Below are positions 13,232-25,825 of a stretch of 37,770 nt of DNA, in pieces. The notes under the pieces were generated by a model. The model was not told the DNA's origin, searched no databases, and worked only from the letters and a program-made list of their open reading frames with translations. The DNA comes from Spirogloea muscicola. Taxonomy: Eukaryota. The DNA lies in contig WELB01000026.1 of the NCBI GenBank assembly GCA_009602725.1, positions 690,780 through 728,549 of the forward strand, given 5' to 3'. The translations under genes and the position numbers were made by a program. Position 1 is the stretch's first letter, and every line of letters begins with the position of its first letter.

Positions 13232-15425
13232 GGCGCCGGCGCCCGCCGGGGGCGGCCTCATGGCGACCGTGGCGCTCGCGCCGCGCACCGGCGGCGACTC
13301 CGCCGTCCAGGCCTCTGCCCTCCCCCGTCCCTCCTGCCTCCCGTCCTCCCTCCTTCCTCCCTCCATCCTGCCTCCCGTCCTCCCTAATTCCTCCCTCCCT
13401 CCTGCCTCCCGTCCTCCCTCCTTCCTCCCTCTTCTTCGCCCTCCTCCCTCGGTCCTTGTCATACTCAACGCAGCCAGCTCGACCATCGGCGCTGACGGCC
13501 GGCGGCGCTGTTGCTGTTGCGGCACGCCAGTACGTCGCGGCGACCCTTGTGATGGAGACCGGCGCCGAGGTGAGCGCCGGGCCTCGCGCCGTAGTACCGA
13601 CCTTCAGCTGCCGTCTGTGACCATACATTTCGCGCTTTGGTCGGCGGCACGTTTGGCGAGCGGCTGGCGGACGCCGACGACGAGGTCTTGACGTGCTAAC
13701 TTGGTTCGGCCGCTGCTGTCATTCGTGAGGTGCCGCAGTACCCCTCGGAGCCGCCGCGACTGGCGCTGCGACGCGCGTGCGGCCTGAGCGACATCCGGCG
13801 GCAGCGGCTGCTCTTGGAACTAGCGGCGCAGGGCCGCAGCCTTGCTGGAGAGCCGATGCTGGTCGCTCTCTGTGAGGCAAGCCGCAACCCCTGATCTGGG
13901 CGGCTGCCTCCTCTGTGTCCGCGTCGCCGGCTGGCTGACGGCGATGGCCGCGGCCGCGGCATGGCGCCACTGGCAGGCTGCGCGGGACCTGCTCACGGAG
14001 ATGAACGCACCCGAGGGTGACTGCAGCTTCTGCCTGTCTCAGCTGTCGCCGCCGCCGTCGGCTGTGAACGAGGCGGAGGCTGCGGCAGCGGCCGCAAATG
14101 ACGACGTCGTCAAGCTCGGCGAGTGCTTCCACTGCTTCCACCGGTGAGGCGGCCTGAAGGCACTGGCTGCAGGTCCTGGAGTGCGAGGCACATGGGGTGG
14201 TGTTCAGTTAGATTCACGCGTCAATGTCAAAATCAGGTTCAGAGTCACAATGGTTGGGCCAGAAATCGGCATTGTGGTTCAGGGCTTGAGCTCGTGACAG
14301 AGGGTACGACTACTTGAGACTTGACAGCCCTGTGGTGCCCGTTGGTGGCGGCGGGGGGCGGCTGTGGCCAGGACAGTGCCTGCTTCCGCGCCTGGTCGTA
14401 TTGGCTGCTTGCGCAGCAGCAGCAGGCTCCCTCAGACGAGCCTAGCGGCATAGGACACCAGGAGGCATTGCAGCAGTCTGCTCCTGATTGCAGCGATAAC
14501 GACGAGCTCGTCCGCCAGCCAGCCCGCCATCCAGCCAGGAGGTGGGCCCTTGTCCATCAAAAGCCGGGTTGCTACATGGAATTGCTTGCGACACGCTCAC
14601 AATATTCAAATCTCATTTACTATTTTAAGCCACTTTGCTGTAGCTTCCAGAGACGACTAAGGTTGATAATACCAGAAAATTGTTTCAGGCCTCTTGCAAT
14701 GAGGTATGATCGATCCGGGCTTTGAGCTGGCTGTTGCAGGCGGACAATTGAGAATGTGACAGTGGCAGCCAAGGCGCCGGCAGACCTGGCATGCCCGGTG
14801 TGCAGAGCCGGCATTGCGCCAGACGACCTCAGTCGCCTGGCTGCACAGATGGATGCAGCGGCCATCAACACTAGTGGCATCATTTGGGGCGGCGTGAAGG
14901 AGGTGAGACCTGTCCCGCTGTGTGTGCTTGGCTGCATCAGCCAACACTGCTGTTCCAGTGACTGCTGCGGCCAGCTGACATGCTGGTAATGAGCCACTTC
15001 TGGAGCTGTAGATTAAGGAGGTCATGCCAGACGAGGCTTGCAGCGAGGCGGAGGGCCGGCGGCGGGCAGCATATGATGCCATCCTGGCCACACAGCACGC
15101 GAGGGGCGGTATCATTGAACCTCGGCGGCATGATTGTAGTAGCAGTAGGAGCAGCGGCGGTGAGGAGGCATCAATGGGGGGCCTGATTGTTGTGTCAACA
15201 GCTACAGACTTTGGCGGCGCTGTGGAAGCAGCCACTGCTGCTACTGGCCTCGCCATTGGCAATGCCAGCGACTGCTTGGCTGTAGGTTCGCCATCAAGAA
15301 ATGACCAGCCAGGCAGCCCTCCTGCTGCTGCGCCCCAGCGGCACAGGTTGGGAGTCGAGCGATCGAGGCCTGCTCATCGGCAGCAGATGCAGCAGAGGAC
15401 GTTGCGGCGAGGATCACGAGCTTGA
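13232..15425 (+). CDS. RNF25: RWD-domain RING-finger E3 ligase, RNF25-like; 5' end lies in the gap
   Basis: Spliced PRTGGDSAVQ|YVAATLVMETGAE|YPSEPP..GLSD..GEPMLVALCE|AARDLLTEMNAPEGDCSFCL..CFHCFHR|ACF..|..CPVCR..|..QHARGGIIEP. RWD YPxxxP motif plus a split RING. Confidence 0.82.
13318..13450 (+). repeat. Polypyrimidine (CCTC/CCCT) low-complexity tract in an intron of the RNF25-like gene
   Basis: Almost purely C/T with repeated cctgcctcccgtcctccct units. Confidence 0.7.
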
Positions 15426-15943
15426 GTTGCACTCTCCATTAATTGTTATTTGTTGATGCTCTTGCATTAGCATTATTGTCCATCGCTAGCTGCGCAACCC
15501 AGCGCCGCACAGGTGAAGGTGCCTGCGTGAGCTGCAAAATAATGTTCCAGAATGGAGAGAAGATTGAGCCGGCGATTGTGCACTTTTAAAACAAAGTTTG
15601 TCAGCTCCACGGACACCTCAGGCGGCAGGCGGCTTAGCTACTAGCTGTAGAGCAACTGCCAATGCAGAGGAGATAATCACAGACTGTGGCTCTGCTATCA
15701 GGGCGGCTAATTAGCTGCATTGAGGTTGCCACACACGGGTTGTCCGTCAGCTGGTTCTCCGCATCGTGGTGTGCATCATTGGCTCAACTGTGGGCTCAAG
15801 TGGCACATCTGTGAACAAAGCAGAATCAAGGCGGCTTCTGCAACCTGCTGCCCTCTTGAGCTGCCCCCGCCAGCGCTTGCAGCAAGGAAACCTGCAGTGA
15901 TGGGTGGTGGGTGGTGCGATGAGGCTGGCATTACGGCGGCGCT

Positions 15944-16845
15944 TCAGGACAGGTCCATGAGGTCGTCGAGGAACAGGTTGACGAGGTAGCGGCCGGTGCT
16001 CTGGACCTCGAGGCGCTGCTGCGCGGGCTCGTAGCGCCCGCGCCGCAGCTGGTAGCAGTAGGTCACGCCGGAGACGATGTACGGCTCCCCGCTCACCGTC
16101 ACCGTCTCGCCGCACTGGGTATTCTGCGGCGGCCACGAGGCGACGGCAATGGTGGGCAGGCCGAGCAAGAATCCGCTCATGCCGAGAGCGAGCACGCAGG
16201 CCAGCTCTGCGTATATGTAAGATTCAGTGGGCCTTGGGGCCGACGGGCGCACCGGAGGCAGGGCGTGCGTGCCGAGGTGGCGCGGCGGCGGCGTGACGAT
16301 GGTCACGACGTACGGCTGCCGCTCCAGGTGGTCGCGGTGGTGGTGGTGGCGGCCGCTGCCGCCGACGCCGCCAACGCCGCCGCCGCCGCCGCCGCTGCCG
16401 GCCTTGCCCTGCCAGAAAGCGCATAGGCAACTGTGAGTGGCAATTATAGCCTCTCATCCTGCTGACTAATTATGTTCAGTTATGTTAGTGAAAAGATGGT
16501 TTTCAGGACTCTGCCAGCGTACTAATGCAATCAATGGACACGTCGGGAACGACGGAAACGGCTGGGCACGCACCACATGATCGTCAACTGGACTTATGCT
16601 GAGGTCGCAGTCATCCTGCTGACACTGCACGCATCATTTAACATCCTAACAGTCTAGCATAACTTATTTCAATTGAAACATGGTGCAGAGGTATTATGGA
16701 GCAGCAGCAGGGCCCTCACTTGCGGCGTGGCAACGGCGAGCAAGGGCGGCGCCACGAAGGCGGAGCGCGGCAGCGCCGCCGCATCGCCGCTGCCGCCGTC
16801 ACTCCACGTGACCTGCTTTCTCGACGTCGGCGGGTCCATGGCCAT
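15944..16845 (-). CDS. Small conserved unknown protein, resembling a plant/cyanobacterial DUF6464-like family; may extend into the gap
   Basis: Exons 16720-16845, 16253-16408 and 15944-16123 are in frame: ..PYVVTIVTPPPRHLGTHALPP|NTQCGETVTVSGEPYIVSGVTYCYQLRRGRYEPAQQRLEVQSTGRYLVNLFLDDL. Family name is from recall only. Confidence 0.7.
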
Positions 16846-16894
16846 GGGGTCGGCGGCGGCGGCGGTGGCGGGCGGCAGCTGCCGCTGCTCGGCC

Positions 16895-17176
16895 NNNNNN
16901 NNNNNNNNNNNNNNNNNNNNNNNNNNNNNNNNNNNNNNNNNNNNNNNNNNNNNNNNNNNNNNNNNNNNNNNNNNNNNNNNNNNNNNNNNNNNNNNNNNNN
17001 NNNNNNNNNNNNNNNNNNNNNNNNNNNNNNNNNNNNNNNNNNNNNNNNNNNNNNNNNNNNNNNNNNNNNNNNNNNNNNNNNNNNNNNNNNNNNNNNNNNN
17101 NNNNNNNNNNNNNNNNNNNNNNNNNNNNNNNNNNNNNNNNNNNNNNNNNNNNNNNNNNNNNNNNNNNNNNNNNNNN
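16895..17176. other. Assembly gap (N run)
   Basis: N run between two divergently oriented genes. Confidence 0.98.
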
Positions 17177-20100
17177 CGCCGCGCGCGGCGCCCGGCCAGC
17201 GCCCGACCCCCGCAGGTGCGACGCCGCCTCCGCGCTCTGCGCCAGCGCCAGCTTGCTCGCTCGACTGCCAGCGGGAGCCGCCCCGGTGTCCGACCATCCG
17301 GGCTCGACACTACACTACCAGCTCTGATGGCGGCCATTGCCTTGGCGGCGGTTCTGCCTGCGGCTTGATGTCGGCGTCCCGAAGCAGCTTGGAGGAGCGG
17401 CAGGCATGCAAGGTGTGCTCACCAAGCTCGCCGCCGGATGCCATGCCGACGGCGTCCTGGCCTTCATCCCCGTGACGATAGCTGGATGGCGTATCCAGGC
17501 TGACGAGGCTCCCGGAAGCTGCTGCAGGTGCGCCTCGAGTACGCCGCGGTGAAGGACATGCCGCCGCCGGCGCTCGTGGTGAAGGACGCCGTGCCGCTGG
17601 GTGGCGCTGACAATGGGTCCGCTCCTAGCTCAATCCTGCCGAGCGCAAAAGGTACGGCTCGTCGCAGATGCTGCTGCTCCTCTTGGGCTCGCAGCCACAC
17701 TGTGGTCGCCATGGGCTGCAACATTTCGTCACCGCAAGTTGTGATATGCAATGGCCGCCGAGGCTTGGACTTGAGAACGGCGCCATGGCTGACTGCGTCG
17801 CCCTTGCGAGCATTGTCGTGAAGTGGGGCTTGACGGAGCTCTTGGCGCCGCTCCCGACGGCAAGGGCATGCAGATGGTTGCCATGGCTCCCCAACCGGCC
17901 AGGTCGGTTGCCTCCTCCTTAAGCGCCAAGTTGCTGTCAGCCCCCACTTCTGAGTGCTGCGAGGTTCCGTGTTGCAAGTGTCGGATCTTGGTTGGTGTTG
18001 GTGCTGGATTGCTGGAGAGGAGGCAGCCTGTCGAACGCACACGTCGTCTCTGTCCTTCTCTGTCACTTCCCACAGCTCCCAAATCAGCGCCGCGGCCGAG
18101 ACCAAGGCCCTCGCCCAGGCCAAGCCCTCGACCACCGGTGCTGAGAGGTGCGCGCTTGAGTCAAGGCCGCCATTGCCCTCACAGCTCTGCGTGCACTGAC
18201 AGACAGCGCAGCAGTATATCGTAACCCTTACTATTAGAGCAATTCACTAGAAGCTGACAGAATGCTTAGTATCAGAGATGCTGGACGTTGAAGGAGCCTA
18301 AGCTCCAATTGAACGTCTCAGTCACGCAAGCTTAGGATTTCTGGTCAGCAAGATCGTCCTCCCACCCCCTCATTGGCGACATGCAGGTACATGCCGAGTG
18401 CACAGGTGATGAAACGGCTGCCGAGTAAGTGGCCAAAGCCCGTGTGGCACCCACCTTGGAAAAACTACCGGGTAAGCAACCTCACCGGCACGTGCACGCG
18501 GTCTCCCTTAGCCTGACTTTTTCTGAATTTCACAATCATGCTAATATTGTCAAGCTGTACCTCGAAGATCACCCTCAAGGATAGCGGCTAGGAAGGTAGA
18601 CCCCTGGTGGAGCTCGTTACTCCTGAGGAGGACGCTGGAGATAGAGGCTGCAATCTTGTCTTTGTTCTGGTGTCAAATTGGGTTTGTTGCTTGCAGCAAG
18701 GATCATCCTGTCTTGCTGTTCACTTGAACCCCGTCGTACAGCCACAGCATGTAATGGTAAGAAGGCTGTTCTCACTCACTAATGTTGGCATGGACGGGGA
18801 CACTCATACTCATACGGAGCTCCTCCTGCGCCAGGTCATTAGTGGCCACCTGGGCTGGGTCCGGTCTGTGGCTTTTGAGCCTGCCAACGAGTGGTTCTGC
18901 ACGGGGTCGGCAGACCGGACGATTAAGGTGCTTGTCAAATAGCCAACAGACCCAAAGGAGACGGAATGTCTGGGAGATTTTGTTGAAATTTTCTTGCAAA
19001 CTGATGCTCTTAAAATGAGCAGCTTCCATATTGACAGGTCCTCTGATGTGACGCAGCTATGGAGCTCACATAACCCCTGTGGCATGTCACATGCAGATTT
19101 GGGAGACTGCGACGGGGAAGCTGAAGCTCACTCTCACAGGGCACATCGAGCAAATCAGAGGTCCTAAGGACATAAATGCTTGTCAATTGACAGCATTGCT
19201 TAGTACAGCATTGGCGTCACATTGTCCTGATAGGAGTCTCCCTATCGCTGTGGTTACTCAGAGTGTAGGGCCTTATACACACCAGCATGCCCCAGTAGTC
19301 CTTGTGCTGAAGGCCAAGTTGCACTGGTGCAGGCCTTGCAGTGAGCCCCAGGCACCCATACATGTTCTCGGCGGGTGATGATAAGATGGTCAAGTGCTGG
19401 GACCTTGAGTACAACAAGGTCAGTATCTTCCTTTCTTTCTCAACTTGGTAGCTGTAAAACTCCGAGTCACTCAGTGCACTCCTTGCGTGGAGGAGTCTGC
19501 TGAAGCATGGTGGGGGCGCAAGCAACTTTGGCATACTCCAGGCTCTCGTCATGTTGGCATTTCACAGTCTCGTTGTTGCTGCACTCGCACTGACGCACGC
19601 GTCTGGCAAGGGCGGCAGGTAATCAGGTCATACCACGGGCACCTCAGCGGCGTCTACTGCCTGGCGCTGCACCCTATGCTCGATGTCCTCATGACTGGCG
19701 GGCGCGACTCTGTCTGCCGGGTCAGACTTCCCCTCATACATTGTGACAATATGGATGTAGCCAAAGGCTGCAATTATAAGTGCAAGAGAGGTGACTGACA
19801 GCCGCTGCTAAATCTGCCGGCAGGTCTGGGACATGCGGACCAAGGCGCAGGTTTTCGCCCTGTCTGGCCATGAAAGCACAGTCTGCGCGGTCATCACACA
19901 GGGTGCAGTAAGTCCATGGCCCTGGTTCTGCTCCTGGTCAGGTGGAAGTTGCACAAGGCCTGTTACTTACATTGGCCCTCTTACTCACATTGGCCCTCTT
20001 AATTCTGGATGCTCTTTGCTAACTCACTGTAGTTTGTCTGACGCAGGACCCTCAGGTGGTCACAGGATCCCATGACACAACCATAAAGCTCTGGGATCTT

Positions 20101-21436
20101 GCTGCAGGTCCTCGCCACAGCTTTGAGCACTACTGCTCTTTAGTGTTTGCTCTTCGAGTTTCTTTTAGATAGTGTGACAGCAAAGGCTTTTGTGTCATTA
20201 TTGCATCCCATGCATGGCTACTGCAACCTCAATCTTATTCCATTGCCAATGTGTGGTGTCATGATTTGCTGCTGTAATCTGCAGGCAAGACAATGTCAAC
20301 CCTGACCTTCCATAAAAAGTCCGTCCGAGCATTAGCGATGCATCCCTTTGAGTAAGCAATTATCTATGCTATCAATTGTGGCCATGCTTTAACAATGTTC
20401 TTTCTACATAACGGTGCAAAGACCACATCTCTCTCTGCATCTCTCTCTGCCTAATTAGCTTTGATAATTGCACTACAATCTTTGATTTGAAAGTTTGTGA
20501 TCCTTGTCTCTCTTTTTATCCTTTATTACTTTTCATTTCAAGCATAAAGGGCTTGAACAGGTATACTTTGTGCTGCCTGCTCAAATATGTGCAGACATAC
20601 ATTCGCATCGGCGTCGGCAGACAATGTGAAGAAATTCCGCCTACCAAAAGGGGAGTTCCTGCACAACATGCTGTGAGTTTGATCATCACATTGATGTGTC
20701 TCTTTCCGGAAACATCATGTGATATGACTCATACAAATTGTTCTCAGCGAGAACGGGCAGACTCAAGGAGTGAATATCGTATTTGCAAGCCCTGGAATGC
20801 GCCTGATTGGACTCTGCTAAGCGGCACAGGTCCCAGCAGAGGACCATTGTCAACTGCATGGCCATCAACGAGGACAACGTGATGGTGTCGGGAGGTGGGT
20901 GCTGTATCGCGCTCATGCCTCAAGTGGTTTAGACAAGCTGTACTAAGCACTTGATTATGATATGAGTTGCAAGTAGCTAAATTAATCACTCACAATGGCA
21001 GGTGATAATGGTAGTGTGTGGTGCTGGGACTGGAAGAGCGGCCACAACTACCAGCAGGCGCAGACGGTCGTGCAGCCAGGTGCAGATTGACGATGCGAGA
21101 ATATCAAATACCTCACTACTTCATGGGTGCATGAGGCAAACCCCTAGGCTATTAGATCAGTGCACCCAACTTGCAGAACCCCAAATCTAAGCGTTTAATT
21201 GTCAAGTTGTCATTTTGCAGATTCTGGAAGCTAATGCCTGTCATGGTGCGGTGGTATGTGCAGGCTCGCTGGACAGCGAGGCGGGCATCTATGCGCTTTC
21301 GTTTGACATGACGGGCACGCGGCTGGTGACGTGCGAGGCGGACAAGACGATCAAGATGTGGAAGGAGGACACGACGGCCACGCCCGAGACACACCCTGTA
21401 CACTTCCGGCCACCCAAGGACATCCGGCGCTTCTGA
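17177..21436 (+). CDS. PRL1: Pleiotropic regulatory locus 1 (PRL1/PLRG1/Prp46) WD40 spliceosomal protein; start lies in the gap
   Basis: Exons give [67 protein letters not shown]|..[23 protein letters not shown]..|..[43 protein letters not shown]. Confidence 0.95.
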
Positions 21437-21919
21437 GGTGGAGCATTGGCAGCAGGTCCATGAGATAACAGAGTGCCCTTGAAGTGGCTTCCAGACAGAC
21501 TTTGGTGGGCTTTGACCAACTACTCATAAACTCTACCGTTACCTTATTCCTTCAAATCTCATAAGCCTCTTCCTAGAAAATTCAGAAGCCACATTCTAGC
21601 AGTGTGCAGCAGTTATTGTTCAGTGACTTCATTGGTCGGTCTCATGAAGAGCAGGCTACTTAACTTAGCGTCCACTTTTGCAGGTAGTTACTTTCGCTTT
21701 GTGGCAATGATCCAGGGTGCAACGTATTGATCATTACGTGCACTTCCACATGTATCAACCACTCCCCTTGCAAGCAACTTATGAAATGCTCTGTGCATTA
21801 TAGGCTTGCATATCGAGCTAGACAAGCTCTGTGCACAGCGCTTGACTCCTCTGTACATTAGTTTAACGACCAGGGCAATGCAGCAGGGTGAAGGATCCCA
21901 GCACTGCTTACGGATTCCC

Positions 21920-24900
21920 TCAGACTGGCGCATCATAGCCCGTGTGTGTGGCTTTGTAGCGGTCGAGCAGGTACTGTCCGCTCCGAATTGGCGGATATCT
22001 GAGAAAGGGAGTGGGAATTGCCCCTGAGTGGAGGACTCACCCGTACTACGAGTGCAGAAATAAGGACCAGGTTGCAAGAGAATGCAAGGATTTGAGTACT
22101 CAGTCTGAGCATAGTTTTGCAATGACCACCATCATAGGCCTTTGAATACTGAAAAGCAGCACTAAACCCCTGCTGACGCTAATTTGACCAGGGCCGCCAA
22201 GCACTGACTGCCACTGTGAAGCTACTGTCTACCAGCTGCTTGCTACTGAGGCTTGAATCAATCTAAGAAGAAGTCAACAGCAAAGTCTATGCAGAGAGAA
22301 ATGTGCACCTGGGGGGGTTGTTAGTGTTGCAGCACGATGGGAGGCACTCCACCAAGCAGTCAAAATTGGGCTCAAAGAAGAAGGGAATCTGCACCACTCA
22401 GTCTTGCGCGAGTCAGTCTGGGCAACTCAATGCGGTTATTTAAAGTTGCACTTTGCCATGGGCTCCGTGGCTTCCGAGTTTCATTGGCAGAGTCTGAGGC
22501 AACAGCTATCTTAGGCATCAATTTGTCGAGATATTGTGCCCCAGTTTTTCTGTATGACCAGAAAATATTGGCTTACAGAAAAGCGCTCTTTCCCGGGATT
22601 CACCACCCGATGCAACGTGGACCTGCAGCAGTAGTAGCTCTGCAGTGTCAGATGTGCAAGGGAGTGCCGCTCATGAGGGCCAGTAACCCCTTAGCAGGTA
22701 ATTGCACTTCTTAATGGTTAGAGTGGCAGCCGCTGGCCGGTAATGACATGATCTCGCAACGCCGGCGACATTCAAGTACATTACACAAGGTCGAGTACAT
22801 CAACTGAGATGAGCAACTGCCGACCTGAAACGATTGTTGGTCCAGCGCTCGAGCATGTCGCCAAGGTTCACAATGAGGGCCCTGTAATGCAGAAGGTCGA
22901 CATCCATTGCTTGCTGTGCTAATAGTTCAAGCAAGTCAAATTCGTGCATGTGGGCGGCAGCACTTATAGCAGGCGGCACCCCTCACCCAGGCATAGGCTT
23001 CACGTCCTCCCACAACTGTGGCACCTGGTCTTTCTCCTTACAGATCTGCAACACATACTGAGAGCGTGAGACCTCTGCTTAGCTACCTTAAGCAAGGCTG
23101 CAGGCACAAACCTGGTCTATAGAACATACAGTTGAGGAAGCTCTCAAGGAGGCACAACACATGGAACGTTTGAAGCTGTCAAGCAGCAGCAGTGACCCAG
23201 GCAGCGGTTCAACTACCTGGAGGCCGGAGACGTCATCCGTGAGCAGCAGCGTGAGCATGCCGTAGTCCGTATGTGCGCCAGCACCAAAGACGCCCTCCTC
23301 GGGCCTTGATTGCTCCTCTGGAAGATACGTGGCAGCTAGGTCCGTTTAGGCGCAAGCGTACCTTGCTTGCGAGTCAGCTTCCTATGACTGCAACCATCAC
23401 AAGGCTGTGACGGTGACGAGCAATCAGTGTTGGGGCACAAGGTTAAGCTACACTTGGGAACAAGCCATAGGCGTCAGGATGAAGAGCACGGGGTCTGAGG
23501 TCAAGGTCTCCTGGAGTTGTCTAAGCTTGAGGGTCGGAGGGGTTCACCACTGTAATGGAGGAGGCGCAGGAAGAGCATGGGGTCGTCGAACATGCCCAGC
23601 TGGAGGAAGTGGCCCACGTCCAGGTCCAGGGCGCACGCGACGTGCTTCAACAGGCGCAGGCCCAGGCGCCTGCAGGCAGGCACTGAAGATGCGTATGGTC
23701 CAGCTGGGACAGGTGCATCCTAGGTTTTGAGCCTAAGCTCGCGTCAACACAACAAAACAATCACGGTGGTGATGATTGTGGAAATGGTGCTAGTCAAGGA
23801 GCCAATGGACCTAAGCCTCGAATCCTAAGCCCTGGCTACAGACCTCTTACTTGGCTTGTTCGAAGTAGGCCTCCATGGTCTCCCGCCACCCTGGCAGCAG
23901 CTCTACCCTCAGGAGCATCCACAAAGTCAAGGAATCAACAGGAAAGATTACTTGCTGATTTATGGCCGGATTGCCAACCTCACACTTAGCATAGAGCTTA
24001 AAATCTCAGCCTTGCAGGAATTCATGACAGTCAGGGAAAAAACTTCCAAGCGGCTTACGTGCGGCGGGCCACTGGTTTGGCCCGTGGAGCGGCTTGGCGG
24101 AGCGTGCATCGCCAGCCGGGACCTCCTTGCCTATGTAGAAGCCCTCCTTGGTGTCCCCTGCGCAAGTCATTCCCCCGACGAGAGCCGGCTGAGGCACCAA
24201 CAGGACACCCACGCGTCCGGCCGCCTGGCGTGGCAACTGCTCGGAGGCTCGCTGGTCGTGTCTCCAGTGAAGGAGCATGGAGCCCTTGACAGGCCAGCCA
24301 CTCGGAGCCCACACCCAAAGACCGCTACTCCGACGCGATTGGTCAGCAAGTTGAGCACCAAAGCTAGGAAAAACAGTGCAGGAAGTACACGGCCCATGAC
24401 TGCTGGTTGGGTCCCTGGCTCGACGGCCCACAACTGCCAGCTTGGTGTAGTACCAAGGGGCCGCCAGCAGGTAACGCACAAATGGATGTCCGTGGATGAC
24501 AAGTGTGTATCCATTGATGGTACTATGACACGTTCGGTTTTTTCGTGGTTGTCCTAGACCTTTCATCGTTGTCCTACAAAACTCCTGAGCAGCCGCAGAG
24601 GAGGGTAGGAGGGTAGGTTGACAGAGGCTGACTCAAAGTCTACATCTAACCCTAAACCCTAAGCTTAACTCGAAACCCTAAGTCCTCAACACTGACCTTA
24701 AACCCTGAACCCTCAAGCTTTGCGGCATTCGCAGATCAGGCAAATCCTTGAGCACAAGCGTAGACACACTTAGAACCCTAAACCTAAGCCCTAAACACTA
24801 AACCCTAAGCCCAAAGAGCTAAACCACTGGAGCAATTGCTGGTCAAGGAGATCCTTGAGTATAAGTGTGGAGCGGGCTGTACCGATGGTCTGTCGGGCGG

Positions 24901-25264
24901 GGTCGAGGACCTCCTCCAGGAAGGGCGTGTAGCCGCGGTTGTTGGCGTCCTGCGCCACCGCCATCTTGGCGCCCAGCGGCAGCGCGAAGAAGGCGCGGGC
25001 GCCCGCCAGCGCCGCGGCCGCCAGCGCTGCGTCCAAGCCGTGGTTCACGACGTAGAAGAAGCCCGCCTCCACGCACGCCTGCGCCAATGGTGGCGGCGGC
25101 GGCAAAAGGGTCAGCCTCCCGGCAATGGCCTCTGCAGCCCCTGCAGCAGCTAAGCCCTGAACCTCACAGCGCACCTTGCGGACGGCCGCAGCAACGGCGT
25201 CGTCGCTGAGGGCCAGGTCCACGACGCCGATGGCGCGCTCGCTCCCCGGCGGGAGGCCGCTCAT
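21920..25264 (-). CDS. 2-oxoglutarate/Fe(II)-dependent dioxygenase (DIOX_N + 2OG-FeII_Oxy), about 11 exons
   Basis: VDL..|ACVEAGFFYVVNHG..NNRGYTP..|DTKEGFYIG..LHGPNQWP..|..LRLLHY..|GAGAHTDYGMLTLL..|ALIVNLGDMLERWTN..|STLHRV..ERFS|IPFFFEPNFDCLVECLPSC|..YPPIRSGQYLLDRY..* The HxD..H and RxS motifs are intact. Confidence 0.9.
24646..24812 (+). repeat. Degenerate plant telomere-like/telobox (AAACCCTA) tracts in an intron of the 2OG gene
   Basis: ctaaccctaaaccctaagc..gaaaccctaag..taaaccctgaaccctc..gaaccctaaacctaagccctaaacactaaaccctaagccc. Confidence 0.65.
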
Positions 25265-25419
25265 GGCAGCGGCGGCGGCGGCGGCTGAGCGTGAGCACAG
25301 CCTCAGCCTGCTTCGCTGGCTACTGGCAGGCGCTGTCGCCACCACCACAGCCGCCGCTGCCGCGGGAGGATGCCAACCTCGCCGTTGCCGCCGCCGCCGC
25401 TGGAGGCGGGGAGATCGGA

Positions 25420-25476
25420 GTGTGTATTGAGTGATGGAAGGCCAGGCCCGAGTGGCCAAGTACAAAGACAAGCACG
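25420..25476 (-). mobile_element. Isolated 3' tail of an H-type CRE-like element
   Basis: tgtatt..ggcccgagtggccaagtacaaagacaagcac matches 36431-36479 (tgtatt..ggcccaatggccaagtacagaggcaagcac), the 3'UTR of the H copy. Confidence 0.6.
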
Positions 25477-25529
25477 TTGGCGGGGGAGGACGACGCTTCC
25501 AGTGAAGGGCGATGGCTGCGATGGAGAGA

Positions 25530-25825
25530 TGTGGCTCTTGTGGCTTTCCCAATGGGGGCAAGGGCTGTGAAAAGCCAGCCTAGCCTAACAAGGTTCGAAG
25601 GGGCCACAAAGCGCTATCTCAGCCCTGAATAAGGACCGCCGGGACAAGCAGCCCTTTGGCCGCATCTTTACCGAAATTTGACTTCAGTGAGTCCATGTTG
25701 GAGACAGTAGGCGCGCAGCGACTGGGGGAAGGAACAATGTGGCTGCAAGAGCGGCTGTGAAGAAGTGGCTCCAATGGACAAGAAGTGGCACTCCCAATGC
25801 GGGCAAGGGCTGTGAAGGCCAGCCA
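25530..25825 (-). mobile_element. Two or three short A-type 3' tail fragments
   Basis: 25540-25615 and 25780-25824 match the A tail GGCTGGCTTTTCACAGCCCTTGCCCCCATTGGGAGTGCCAC seen at 29019-29090 and 36040-36115. Confidence 0.75.

Noticed and set aside
10711..13691. Many long overlapping ORFs, including those spanning N runs
   Set aside because: Shadow frames of GC-rich FBL15 and RNF25-like exons, or artefacts of gap translation.
19963..20450. Small intronic tandem duplications (18 bp near 19963-20000, 12 bp near 20426-20450)
   Set aside because: No spacer or element-derived sequence; consistent with ordinary slippage.
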